Below, piece after piece: positions 47,970 through 60,300 of a DNA stretch of 64,000 nt (the stretch's first letter is position 1; every line of letters starts with the position of its first letter). The notes beneath the pieces were generated by a model, which made no database searches, was not told the origin of the DNA, and saw only the letters and a program-made list of their open reading frames with translations. The stretch comes from Mobula hypostoma. Taxonomy: Eukaryota. Both the position numbers and the translations under genes were made by a program. The stretch is taken from contig NC_086108.1 in the NCBI RefSeq assembly GCF_963921235.1, forward strand, positions 29,018,001 through 29,082,000, given 5' to 3'.

Positions 47970-48604
47970 TAATATCCTTATTTTTTGAAGTAATGTTTTG
48001 GAATTTTACCATCCCTTTCTGAATTCTGCAAGTTACAATACATTTTTCCTTAGTGAATGAAAGTTAGAAGCATTTCCTGACTATCCTTTTGCTCTTAATA
48101 TACATATGAAGAACTGTAGGATTATCCTTACTTTGGATTGCATAATGTTTGGCTGTGGACAAGGGTGCTTTAGAAGCTAGTCCCCTGTAATGCAGCAAAG
48201 ATGAAAGTGTAGGTTGAAACGACATGGAACAAGGAAAGGAATTGGAAAAGCCAGATGGAGGACAAGGCTTTTCAGGTGAATATCATATCCAGCCACCTGA
48301 ATCTCAGCAAGGAACAAATAGCCAGCTGTTGATATTTTGAGAAGGATGTCATTATTGAAACCTGCCATCTGTTGCAGCCACAACTGAGACTCTATGGAGA
48401 AGGCTTGCATGATATGTGACTATCCAGTTTACTTGTGAAAGGATCATTAATTTATTTGGCTCAGGACAGGTGACATTTACAACATAACCGGGAATGTTTG
48501 GGAGATGTTGATTGTTGATCCCTGAAGCTCACAGATGGGTACTTTTGGAGTGATAGAATCATACAGCTCAGAAACATGCCTTCAGACCAATATATTTTGG
48601 TGGA

Positions 48605-49319
48605 AACAGAATTAGGTTTAATATCATCGCATATGTCATGAAATTTGAAATTTGTTGTCTCTGGGGCAGCAGTACAATGCAATATCTAATAATGAAGAAC
48701 AAACATGAATTACTGTAAGTATAAACATATATATAAATAGTTGAATAAGTAGTGCAAAAATAAAAAAATAGTGAGTAGTTCATGGGATCAATGTCCATAC
48801 AGAAATTAGATAGCAGAGAGATTGAGGCTGTTCCTGAATCATTGAGTGTGCACTTTTAGGCTCCTGTACTTCCTTCCTGATGGTAGCAATGAGAAGAAGG
48901 CATGTATTGGCTGATGGAGGTACTTAATGATGGATGCCGCCTTTTTGGAGCATTGCTCCTTGAAGATGTCCTGGATACTATGGAGGCTAGTGCTCACGAT
49001 GGAGCTGACTAAGTTTATAACTCTCTGCAGCTTTTTTTGATCCTGTGCAGTAGACCCCCATTCCAGATGGTGATGCAGCCGGTTAGAATGCTCTCCACAG
49101 TACATCTGTAGAATTTTCTGATTGTCTTTGGTGACATACCAAACCTCCTCAAACTCCAAGTTGCTGTCATAGCTTCTTTGTAGCTGCATCGATATGTTAG
49201 GCCCGGGATAGATCCTCAGAGATACTGACACCCAGGAACTTGAAATTGCTCACTGTTTTTACTTCTGATCCCTCTATGAGAATTGGTGTGTGTTCCCTCA
49301 TCTTATCCTTTCTGAAGTC
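48605..49319 (-). mobile_element. Rex1/Babar-like LINE 3' part; continues at 54921-55085 after the Gypsy insertion
   Basis: ORF 48839-49231: KKLQRVIN...KKAASIIK..HQPIHAFFSLLPSGRKYRSLK. Split at the 'IVDFR' codons (TCTGAAGTC|CACAAT). Confidence 0.9.
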
Positions 49320-49618
49320 TGTTGTAATGTGAGCATTATTAAAAGTAAGTTAATACTAATTAGGATAATGGGGGGGGGGGTTTACTTCTGGTGTGCTATA
49401 GTGTTCCCGCCATGCCGTACGGGTTGTAAAAGCCTCTGTATGTACATAACAGTTTGACGTTCAAAGTAAAGTTGTTTCTTTGGGCATGAAGTTGTCGAGT
49501 GTGCCTTTTTCAAGGTAGAAGTTACCACATATTTTTGGCAACGAGATAAACTGGTTCTGTGGATGTGTCGGCACGTTTCGAATGGGAGCAGCAGCGCCAA
49601 TAAGGGCCTCACATTCAG

Positions 49619-50400
49619 GTGGCTACGTTTGGAACTATTGTTGAATTTGTGGAGTTAACGGAGGACTGGCCAGAGTATGGGGAAAGGTTGGGACACTTCT
49701 TCTGTGCTAATGGAATTACTGAGGAGGTAAAGAAGCACTCTATTCTCCTGAGTGCATGTGGGGTGAAGACTTACAAGCTAATAAGGAATTTAGCCACACC
49801 GCGGAAACTGGGGGACATTCCATATGACGAACTGGTCAAGCTCGTGGGGAACCACTACAATCTGAAACCTTCTGTGATAGTCCAACGGTGTAAGTTTCAC
49901 AGCCGTTTCAGGAAGCCAGGTCAGTCTGTAGCCAATTTTGTGGCCAAGCTTCGGCAGTTGTCGGAGCATTGTGATTTCGGAGCGGTGTTGGAAGACATGC
50001 TCCGTGATCCATTGGTATGCGGCATTAATAATGACGGTATACAATGCCGCCTGTTCAGGGAAACCCCACCGTTGACTTTCAAAAGAAAGCCTTAGAGATT
50101 GCCCAAGGCATGGAGATGGCTGCTAATAATGTCAAAGATATCCAGAAAGGGCATCGGGGGGTCGCAGTCGGCGGCAGTGTGCGAAGTCAGGAGGGAGACT
50201 GGTAAACAGGCAAAGCAGGTGGAATGTTTCCGGTGTGGAGGGATGCATTATGCAAATGATTGCAAATTCAAAGACACTGTCTGCCATGCTTGTAGCAAAA
50301 AGGGACATTTAGCAGAACTTCAAAGGGTAAGGTTAAGCCTGGGCAGGGGAGAGCTCAACAGGCTCAGGCAGCCACACACCATCTAGAAGAAGCAGATGAA
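49619..50400 (+). pseudogene. Gypsy gag (frameshifted), two zinc knuckles
   Basis: QSVANFVAKLRQLSEHCDFG..LEDMLRDPLVCGI; CFRCGGMHYANDC and CHACSKKGHL. Confidence 0.9.
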
Positions 50401-50415
50401 GAGGCAGCGTTTGCA

Positions 50416-53400
50416 GTGGAAACTGACGTGGAACCACCTGAACCATATTATGCCACAGTCACTGTCAGGGGAAAGGACATGAAGTTTGAGATTGATTCAG
50501 GGGCTACTGCATCGGTCATTAGTGAGGAGACCTACAGGAGGACATGGGGGTCCAACCTGACTCCCATTAGACCGTCAAAGCTCAAACTTAGGACGTAGAC
50601 GGGGCAGCCCATACCTCATTTAAGGGTGTTATATGTGGACATTTCAGCCGGGGGTCAGAAGGCTGAAACCAGGGTAGTGATAGCTAAGGGCAGGGGGCCC
50701 AGTCTTTTGGGTCGTGATTGGCTTCGCAAAATCCTGCTAAACTGGCATGAAATCAAGTATGCGCACACGATGGAGGACGTTCTGCAGCGGTACAGTGACG
50801 TTTTCAGGGACGAGCTGGGCACACTGAAGGGTGTGACAGTGAAACTCCATGTCGACCCTGAGGCCACACCTCGTTTTTTTAAGCTCAGGTCAGTGCCCTA
50901 TGCCATGAAAGGCAAAGTCGAGGAGCAGCTGGAACGTTTACAGAGGCTGGGCATTATTGAGCCTGTCCAGTTTTCATGGTGGGCGGTTCCCATTGTTCCA
51001 GTTTTGAAGGCAGACAAAACGGTGAGGATATGTGGGGATTATAAGCTTACGGTGAATCAGGTCTCTAGGCTGGAGGAGTACCCATTGCCACGGGTGGATG
51101 ACCTGTTCGCGACCCTGTCAGGGGGTAAGCTGTTCACAAAGCTGGAGATGAGTCACGCCTATCAACAGCTGCTGCTCGACGAGGATTCAAAGGAGTACGT
51201 CACAATTAATACGCACAAGGGATTATTCAAGTACAATCGCCTGGTGTTTGGAGTGGCATCCAGCCCTGCCATTTTCCAAAGGACAATGGACACTTTGCTG
51301 CAGGGGATTCCACACGTAGCAGTGTACCTTGATGATATTTTGATCATGGAGGCTACGGAGGTGGAGCATTTGGCTAATTGAGAACGGGTGCTGAAGAGGC
51401 TCTCAGACGCAGAGCTGCAGTTGAAATGCGGAAAATGTGTGTTCCTGGCATCGAGAGTGACTTACCTGGGGCACACGATCACTGATGAGGGGCTTTCCCC
51501 TGTGGAGGACAAAGTGGGAGCTATTAAGGAGGCCCCAAGCCCCAAGACCATCATGGAACTCAGATCATTTTTGGACATGGTGAATTATTATGGCAAGTTT
51601 CTTCTTGACCTCTCAAAGGTTTTGACCCCACTGTATAAGCTGCTTCACAATGACACTAAGTGGCAGTGGGATGAAGAGCTGGAGAAAGCTTTCAAGGAAG
51701 TGAAAGAACTCCTCCACTCAGCGAAGCTGCTTGTTCACTATGACCCAGACAAGGAGATCACCCTTGCATGCGATGCCTCGCCCAATGGAGTCGGGGCAGT
51801 TCTCTCACATGTAATGGAGGACTGTTCAGAGAAGCCTATTGGTTTTGCTTCACGTACCCTGACAGCTGCTGAGAAGGGTTATTCACAGCTAGACAAAGAA
51901 GGTCTGGCCATTGTTTTTGCGGTCAAATGCTTTCATCAGTATCTTTATGGATGCGTATTTACAATTTATACGGACCATAAACCACTGATGAGCCTGTTCA
52001 GTGAGACTAGATGCATCCCACCGCTAGCCTCAGCCAGGATACAGCGTTGGGCTCTTACATTGTCAGCCTACCGGTACACTATAGTGTACAGAGCGGGTGG
52101 GGATAGTGCAAACGCCGATGCACTGAGTCGACTACCTTTATCTGAGACACGTATTACTACATATGTGCCTCCAGAGACTGTGTTTTCATTGGAGAGGCTG
52201 TCAGAGACACCTGTAAAGGCAACTCAGATCAAGCAGTGGAGAGAGAGGGACCCAGTCCTGTTCCAAGTCAAGACTTGTCTTTTACAAGGTTGGCCCAGAG
52301 TCGTGGAAGGAGAGGAACTGAGGCCTTATGCCAAACGCAAGACAGAACTCAGTCTGCAGGATGGCTGCATTTTCTGGGGGGGGGGGGGGCGAAGGTCATT
52401 GTGTCTCCCCCTGGCCATTCACAGATTGTGGAGGAAATTCATAAGACTCATCCAGGGGTGTCTCAAATGAAAAGCCTTGCAAGATCCTATGTTTGGTGGC
52501 CAAGAATGGATCAGGATCTGGAGAACAAGGTAAAGTCATGCACACAATGTTAGACTAATCAAAATATGCCACCACCAGCTCCTTTGCACCCATGGGAGTG
52601 GCCAGACCACCCCTGGTTGAGGCTACATTTGGACTTTGCTGGCCCTTTTATGGGGCAGATGTTTCTTGTAATGGTAGGTGAAGCATCTTCAATTACTCCA
52701 AAAGACTGAGGTTTGGTAAAATACTGAAAGGCTTTTATTCGCTGTACAATATGACCTCCACAGTGAGTGTCTGCCCCCGGACTGAGGGGGAGGGGCAAGG
52801 CGAACACCTTTATACAGGACTCTGTGGGAGGAGCCACAGGGGCAGTCAGCAGAGGAGTGTGTCCAGACAGGCAACCGAGTTACAACATATATACATGGTT
52901 TACCACAGTAGGTGAGCATCTAAATGGATTGAAGCTCACATCATGAGCAACATCACAGCCCCCTCAACCATAGACAAACTTAGGCAACTGTTTGCGGTTC
53001 ATGGGTTGCCTGACACTCTGGTCACTGATAATGGCCTGACGTTCACCAGTGAGCTGTTCAGTGAGTTCATGCAGCAGAATGGCATTCGTCACATTCGGAC
53101 GGGCCCTTTCCACCCAACCTTCAATGGTTTGGCCGAGCGGGCTGTTCAGACAGTGAAGGAAGGCCTGAAGCGGATGACAGGGGACTCTCTTAGCATACGG
53201 CTTTCACGTTTCCTGTTTAAATACCGCCTCACGCCACAGACTACGACTGCCCGCACTCCAGCAGAGATGCTGATGGGGCGTAGGCCCAAGTCAAGATTGG
53301 ACCTGCTGCGCCCGGACATGAAGGCAAAAGTGAAGAGAAAGCAGGAAAAGCAGAAGGAGGGACGTGATCAACATGCGCGAGAGAGACAGTTAAAACCGGA

Positions 53401-53821
53401 TGACAATGTCTATGTGAGAAACAATCAACAATGGCTGCCTGGGGTTATTCTTAAACAGAGTGGTCCCGTCTCCTATGTTGTTAAGTTGACTGATGGGCAT
53501 GTTTTCCGCAGACGTCAGGACCATGTGCATCTGCGTCATGATACCGGCTCAGAGGCAGACAGCTCCATGGAGTTTCCATTTGTGAGACAGACTATAGTGG
53601 AAGTATGTCCACCAGTGACTTTGCCAGAGGGAGAGACGCTGGCAGCGGGGTCAGGGTCCCCTGAAGAAGATGGACATTCTCACGCAGACACACAGACCCC
53701 TCTCATGCCCTCAACACCAGACCCACCCAAACCACCATCACCAACGGTGCCTGCTGGGTCACTGGGGGTAGTGCACACATCACAGGGCACTCGTAAACCT
53801 CCTGACAGACTGAATCTTTGA
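50416..53821 (+). pseudogene. Gypsy pol (protease, RT, RNase H, integrase) with stops and a solo-LTR insertion
   Basis: IDSGA protease; ICGDYK, GVASSPAIFQ, YLDD RT; LACDAS, YSQLDKE, YTDHKPL RNase H; H..HPG..MKSLARSYVWWP, LVTDNG, NGLAERAVQT integrase. Confidence 0.95.
52679..52907 (-). mobile_element. solo LTR of a second Gypsy-type family inside the integrase gene
   Basis: Perfect 5-bp TSD GTAGG (52674-52678/52908-52912); reverse complement starts TGTGGTAAACC and ends GCTTCA, as at 8918-9146. Confidence 0.92.
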
Positions 53822-54162
53822 CAGAACAGTTTTTTTTTGTTGTTGTTGGATTGAATGTTGAATCTGTCATGTTTTCCAGATTTTTTGTATTGATAGACTG
53901 TTGCTGAGATACTAGTATAAGTTTTCAGGGGTACGCAAGTTAATAACACCACTGTTTTTGTTTTTACATTTGGGGAATGTTAGATTTTAAAGGGGGAGAA
54001 GTGTTGTAATGTGAGCGTTATTAAAAGCAAGTTAATACTAATTAGGAAAATGGGGGGGGCGGGGGGTTACTTCCGTTCTTTTTACTTCCGATGTGCTTCT
54101 GTAAATAGTGTTCCCACCATGTCATACGAGTTGTAAAAGCCTCTGTATGTACATAACGGTTT

Positions 54163-54838
54163 AGATTATGAGGACACTCAGTCCTCATTTATTGTCATTT
54201 AGAAATGCACGCATTAAAAAATGATACAATGTTCCTCCAGTATGATATCACAGAAACACAAGATAGACCAAGACTAAAACTGACAAAAACCACATAATTA
54301 TAACATATAGTTACAACAGTGCAAAGCAATACCATAATTTGACAAGAGCAGACCATGGGCACAGTAAAAAAAAGTCTCCAAGTCCCGATAGCCCCAACAT
54401 CTCACGCAGACGGTTGAAGGAAGAAAAACTCTCCCTGCCGTGAACCTCCAGCGCCGCAAACATGCCGATGCAGCATCCTGGTAGTACCCGACCGCAGTCC
54501 GACTCTGAGTCCGTCCAAAAACTTCGAGCCTCCGACCAGCCCTCCAACACCGAGCACCGAGCATCATCTCTGCCGAGAGCTTCGACCCCGACCTCAGCCG
54601 CCAAGCAACAGGCAAAGCCGAGGACTTGGGGCCTTCCCCTCTGGAGATTTCGGATCACACAGTAGCAGCAGCAGCGAAACAGGCATTTCAGAAGTTTCAC
54701 CAGATGTTCCTCCGTGCTCTCACGTCTGCCTCCATCAAATCAGAATTGTGCACGGCATCCTACTTGACAGATAACAGATATTCATCACCGGAGAGGCCGC
54801 GCGTGCTGCGTCATGTCGCCATCTTCTCCTCCTCACAG
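54163..54838 (-). mobile_element. ~676-bp non-autonomous non-LTR retroelement inside the Gypsy 3' LTR
   Basis: 8-bp TSD AA(C/T)GGTTT (54155-54162/54839-54846); absent from the 5' LTR; homologous to 7010-7642. Confidence 0.9.
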
Positions 54839-55214
54839 AATGGTTTGACGTTCGAGATAGAGTTGCTTCTTTGGGCATGAAGTTGTCGAGTGTGCCTTTT
54901 TCAAGTTAGAAGTTTCCACAAAGTCCACAATCATTTCTTTGGTCTTACTAACATGAGTGCTAGGTTGTTACTGTGACACCACACAATTAACTGATATATC
55001 TCACTCCTGCACACCCTGTCGTCACCATCTGAAATCCTATCAACAATAAGCTGTGTCATCAGCAAATTTATAGACAGCATGAATCCTTGTAAGCCCTACC
55101 TGTCTCTGTCTAAATTCCTGATTCCATTATCTTCTCTGGCAGCATGTCTCAGAGATCAAACTTAGTCTGTTCTCTATTGTTTAACAGCAGCAGAGATCAG
55201 ATGTTGCTGATTCC

Positions 55215-55500
55215 TGAACAAGGTACTCCAAGTTGCAATGTGCCATTGATTGTACACACATCATATTGGATACTGCATGCTAATACAACTCTCTACTGAA
55301 CCAGAAGGGATTCCATGTCATCAACTGGTGTGAGGCCTCAGACTATGCCTGCAGGACAATGAATATACAGGGATCATTAATACCATGACAGTCATTACAA
55401 TGTCTTCTGCTTTGGGCAAGTCCATGTTAAGAGTGAACTTTGAGTCACTAATGGAAATCAGAAGCTGGGGGATGACGGAAGCATGGCTAATGACTGGCAC
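55215..55500 (+). pseudogene. PIF/Harbinger (HARBI1-like) transposase relic
   Basis: Across frames: LQCAIDCTHI, NQKGFHVIN, HDS, LG....WLMT, in the order of the Harbinger DDE motifs GAIDCTH / NRKGFHS / HDS / LGD.GY..WLMTP. Confidence 0.65.
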
Positions 55501-56103
55501 AGGATCTACACACGTGTACATCACATGTAAAACTAAAAGCCAATAGAATAGGCTTTCAATGTGTTGCATCATTTTTCCATTCATGAAAATCAGCTGGTCC
55601 AGATGAAGAGTCAACCAAAATGTCGACTGCTCAGTTCCCTTCACAGATGCTGTCTAATCTGCTGATTTTCGACAACATTTTGTGTGATGGACGATAAATG
55701 ATGGCCCTTGGAAAATCATGCAGACACATCTACATCCTATGAAGACGTCCATAGTAACACACACAAAATGCTCGAGGAACGCATCAGGTCAGGCAGCATT
55801 TATGGAGAGGAATGAACTGTCAACATTTTGGGCTGAGATCCTTCATTAAGACTGGAAAGGAAGGATGAAGAAGCCAGAACATCCATCATCTTCCATTATA
55901 ATCATTTATTTTCTGGAATGGTGTTGAGGAGGGTAGTGTAGAGGTGCATCGCCTTGTTTGGCCCCTCATATGCCTCATCAAAGAAATAAATAAAGGTATC
56001 TGCTTCATTAATATTAAGTCCATGAGGAAGTCATTCAAATGAGCTGGCAGAGCCAAATTAACTTGCATCAAATGCTGGAGGAACTCAGCAGGTCAGGCAG
56101 CCT

Positions 56104-57013
56104 CGGGGGGTAATGATGAGTTTGAGTATAGAGAGGAAATTAAGAACCTGGTGGCATGGTGTGAAGACAATAACCTATCCCTCAACGTCAGCAAGACGAA
56201 GGAATTGGTTGTTGACTTCAGAAGGAGTAGCAGACTGCATGACCCAATTTACATCGGTGGTGCTCAAGTGGAACAGGTCAAAAGCTTTAAGCTCCTTGGG
56301 GTCAATATCACAAATGACCTGACTTGGTCCAACCAAGCAGAGTTCATTGCCAAGAAGGCCCACCAGCGCCTTTACTTCCTGAGAAAACTAAAGAAATTTG
56401 GCCTGTCCCCTAAAATCCTCACTAATTTTTATAGATGCACCGTAGAAAGCATTCTTCTAGGGTGCATCACAACCTGGTATGGAAGCTGTCCTGTCCAAGT
56501 CCGAAAGAAGCTGCAGAAGATCGTGAACATGGTACAGCACATCACACAAACCAATCTTCCGTCCGAGGACTCACTTTACACCGCACGCTGTTGGAGCAGT
56601 GCTGCCAGGATAATCAAGGACATGACCCACCCAGCCAACAGACTTTTCGTCCCTCTTCCCTCCGGGAGAAGGCTCAGGAGCTTGAATACTCATACGGCCA
56701 GATTTGAGAACAGCTTCTTTTCAACTGTGATAAGACTGCTGAACGGATCCTGACCCGGATCTGGGCCATACCCTCCAAATATCCAGACCTGCATCTCAGT
56801 TTTTTTGCACTACCTTACTTTCCATTTTTCTATTTTCTATTTATGATTTATAATTTAAATCTTTAATATTTACTAATTTTTACTATTTTTAATATTTAAT
56901 ATTTGTAAACCAGGGAGCGGGAAGCGCAGTATCAAATATTGCTGTGATGATTGTACGTTCTAGTATCAATTGTTTGGCGACAATAAAGTATAAAGTAAAA
57001 TAAAGTAAAGTAA
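56104..57013 (+). mobile_element. Rex1/Babar-like LINE, 5'-truncated
   Basis: ORF 56151-56753: WCEDNNLSLNVSKTKELVVDFRR...KKAHQRLYFLRKL...SFFSTVIRLLN; (TAAAG)n tail; AGCCT TSD (56099-56103/57014-57018) within a PLE repeat. Confidence 0.93.
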
Positions 57014-57375
57014 AGCCTTTATGGTAGAGAATAAACAGCCAATGTTTCAGGCCCTGACCCTTCCTTAGGGCTGGAAATGAAAGGGGGAGAGCCAGAATAA
57101 GAAGGCGTGGGATTGTGAAGGAATACATACTAGAAGGTGAAAGGAGAAGAGGAAGGAATCTGATAGGAGAGCAGAGTGGATCATGGGAGAAAGGGTAAGG
57201 GGAGGGGAACCAAGGGAGTGATGGGCAGGTGGGAAAAGAAGGGTAAGAGGAAAGCCAGAATACAGAATGGAAAAAGAGAGAAGGGGAAGAAATTACTGGA
57301 AGTTAGAGAAATCAATGCTCATTTCATCAATATGGAGGCTACCCATATGGAATATGAGGTGTTGCTCTTCCATTA
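57014..57375 (-). mobile_element. old Penelope-like 3' region; left part at ~56066-56103
   Basis: ATGTTTCAGGCCCTGACCCTTCCTTAGGGCTGGAA (decayed hammerhead region), purine-rich body, GGAGGCTACCCATATGGAATATGAGGTGTTGCTC (GIY-YIG end). Further fragments at ~34735-34850, 47090-47225, 55595-55690, 55755-55880 and 59235-59360. Confidence 0.75.
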
Positions 57376-60300
57376 CATGCTGCCTACTTTGCAGTCAATA
57401 GATGTGTTAGTCCTGCACCACAACCCAGAAGCCCATCATTGTAGGGTATGCAAATTCCAATGACATAACAGCTTATGAATTTGACGTTCCTTAAGAAAAA
57501 CCTAGAAATAAAAAAAACACTTGCAGCTGAAATATTGAGTCGATATGCAAATTCCATTTATCAATAAGTCACACACTAATATGGTTAATTCCCAGTTGCC
57601 CTCTGCTGTGACCTAGCTAGCCATCTGCTGTAATGAGACAATAATCACCAGCTTTGCTGGCAAAAACCACATTGCGAGAATTAATTAAAGCTAATAGTGA
57701 ATCACCATCAGTTTCCACGTCACTTGTCTCAACATTTTTGTGAAGCATAGAACAGCAATAATAGATTTTTATTTTCTCTCTGGCAGTGTCATTCTTCTCT
57801 CCACTAGTAATAATCACTAAAATGTAATCTAGTTAATGCGTATGTTTACATTAATACTTTTGATTCATTAATAGTTAATGAATTATCTGCTCTGTAATTA
57901 TGCTTCCCTCCTAGACGTAGTGGATGTGTCTGCTTCAGAATTAAAGGCATCTTTGATCCCAAGGGATTTGCACAGCAGCAAGAGATGAAGGATATTTAAA
58001 GACTATAAACAAGCATGTAAGGTAACTATTCACTGTGCTGATTCCAAATGTTTCTAATTGTTGTACATAAGATTTTTATCATTGTACATTATTTGTTCCT
58101 CTATCTCCCACAGCATTTCCAGCAACTAGAGATTGTGTAAACACTTTTTCTTAGTTATTGCATAATGATTCAGTTCTCTGACAGGAGCTAAGTGTTCTGG
58201 CGTTACTGTCTGGGCTTTCAATCTGATGAATGTAATTCACAGCACTATAGAACTAGAGGTGCAATGAGTTCATTCAACAAATGATAAACTTCTGAACAAC
58301 CAGAAGGTGACTCATGAACTGCTTTTTTTTTATTTTAAAAGAAAGCAGGTTTATTTGTAACCTGCTTCGGTTTCTCTCTAAGTAAGGTCTAATTACCACA
58401 ATCTGGTCAAATTAAAAGATGTCAAAGATGATTTAAGGGGAAGGTAGTGAGTGAAATCTCCCATGGATGAATATTATGTGTACTCAGCTTTGTAAATCTC
58501 CCCAAACCCTAATAAAAATATGGGTTAGTTTACTTCATGAACTACAAGAATGAAAAAGGTGCGTCCTGGTGAGCACTAAGATAATTACAGTTAGCTGGAA
58601 CTGTGGTTGGTTCCTCAGTGGTCTCTTAGATTATGAACCATCGCTGACTCCTGTCCAATGACTCCTGGTGGAAAATGAGGATATTTAAACATTAGTTAGA
58701 TTTCAGTTTGTCTCTTTTGTGGCATCCTGCCAGAAAGCAAAGTATCCGCTGTGTACAATTAGTCTCAGATGGTGATAGAGTCACCTTCAGTGTTATAATC
58801 CAGATTAGGACAGCAATTTCGGTGAAATTGGGGAGGTATTGGAGATGGGTGGCTGAAAGGAAGGTATATATTTTTTCTAATTTCTTGATTATCACTGATG
58901 TGCTTTGCTTTGTAATTTGCTGATAAGGTATCAACCGGGCCTGAGTTGTAAATACAGTCAGGGTGGAGCTTAAGTATAATTAGCAAACATCGAGGGCACA
59001 CACATATACATTTATAATGTGTCTGTATTTAAAATTACCTTCCAAAAGTAGTCAGATTTAAGTTCCAATTATGTCCCTGAATGTAACTGATTTCAATGTA
59101 GATTAGTATTAGTGTCAAATGGCCAAAGTATAAAAACCTGAGAAAAGCATTTCGCAGCACACAATCCTGCTTCAGAAGACAGTTTGGAAATGATTTCATA
59201 TCAGTACTTATCAACAAACAGTCTGAGTAATCAATCACAAACACAAGAAAGTCTGCAGAAATCCAAAGCAATGCACGAAATGCTGGAGGAGCTCAGCAGG
59301 CCAGGCAGAAAATAGAAGAAAATAAACAGTCGACATTTCAATCTGAAACCCTTCTTCAAGCCTGAGTAATGGCTTCCATACAGGATTAAAAACAGCTTTA
59401 TTTCACTTTAGGAAGCCTTCAGAATGACTTTGAACCAGCTGAATGATCCACATCAAATTGTAGCCTTCCAAAACAAGCCAATTTTTCAAAAGATTCATAC
59501 AGAATGCTTTTAACCTCTCTTGCCTTCTGAAGGGAGAATCACCTCTCAGTTGGGGGTGGTGTCATTTCATATCACTCAGATGTGAGGTATCAGCCAGTTA
59601 TTTAGTTTGTCCTGCGGGTAAGAAGCTAAGATTGAACACGCACATAGGCTAAATCTGGTAGTCTTAACTAATAGGAATATACATTGATTTGTAATTTCCT
59701 TTTAAATTTTACTAAACTGTGGTAAATTAGATGATCGCACAGTAAGATGGCTTCCAAAATGGTTCCTTTGTAACCATGGATTACCTCAGGAAATGTCCCT
59801 CTGTGGATGAGAGTGGGGGCCGTAGGAAGGACGAGCAACCTAACTGTGTCACCGTAGTTCAGGGAGCCGTTCAAGAGGGGGAAAGAAAAGAAATGTAGTG
59901 GTAATTGGGGATAGTATAGTCAGGGGAATAGACAGAGTTTTCTGTTGTGAGGATAGAGAGGCCCAAAGGCTGTGTTGCCTGCCTGGTGCCCGGGCATATC
60001 AGACCTGCAGAGAAATTTACAGTGGGAGGGGAAAGATCCAGTTGCTGTGGTCCATGTGGGTACCAATGACATAGGTAGAATGAGGAAAGAGGTTCTGCTG
60101 AGGGAATTTGAGCAGCTAGGGATTAAATTAAAAAGCAGAACTAAAAAGGTCATAATCTCTGGATTGCTATCTGAGTCATGTGCAAATTGGCATAGGGTTA
60201 AGAAAATTAAGGAGTTAAATGAGTTTACTTCATGAACTACAAGGCTGATGTGCACATCAAGGATTGATGTGTGAGAAGTGGGTTTGCATTCATGGAAAAT

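Larger units (their letters stand above)
49320..54920 (+). mobile_element. complete but inactivated Gypsy/Ty3 LTR retrotransposon
   Basis: 5' LTR 49320-49529; 3' LTR 54002-54920 (interrupted); perfect 5-bp TSD AAGTC (49315-49319/54921-54925); PBS TGGCAACGAG (tRNA-Ser(GCT)-like); PPT AAAGGGGGAGAAG; order gag-PR-RT-RH-IN. Confidence 0.97.

Noticed and set aside
52376..52389. Poly-G tract as a programmed frameshift site in pol
   Set aside because: More likely homopolymer expansion or a sequencing error in a dead element; similar G runs occur at 22444, 47712 and 49369.
54298..54880. Several 67-129 aa ORFs, also at 7222-7643
   Set aside because: GC-rich repeat interior with few stops; frames are not conserved between the two copies.
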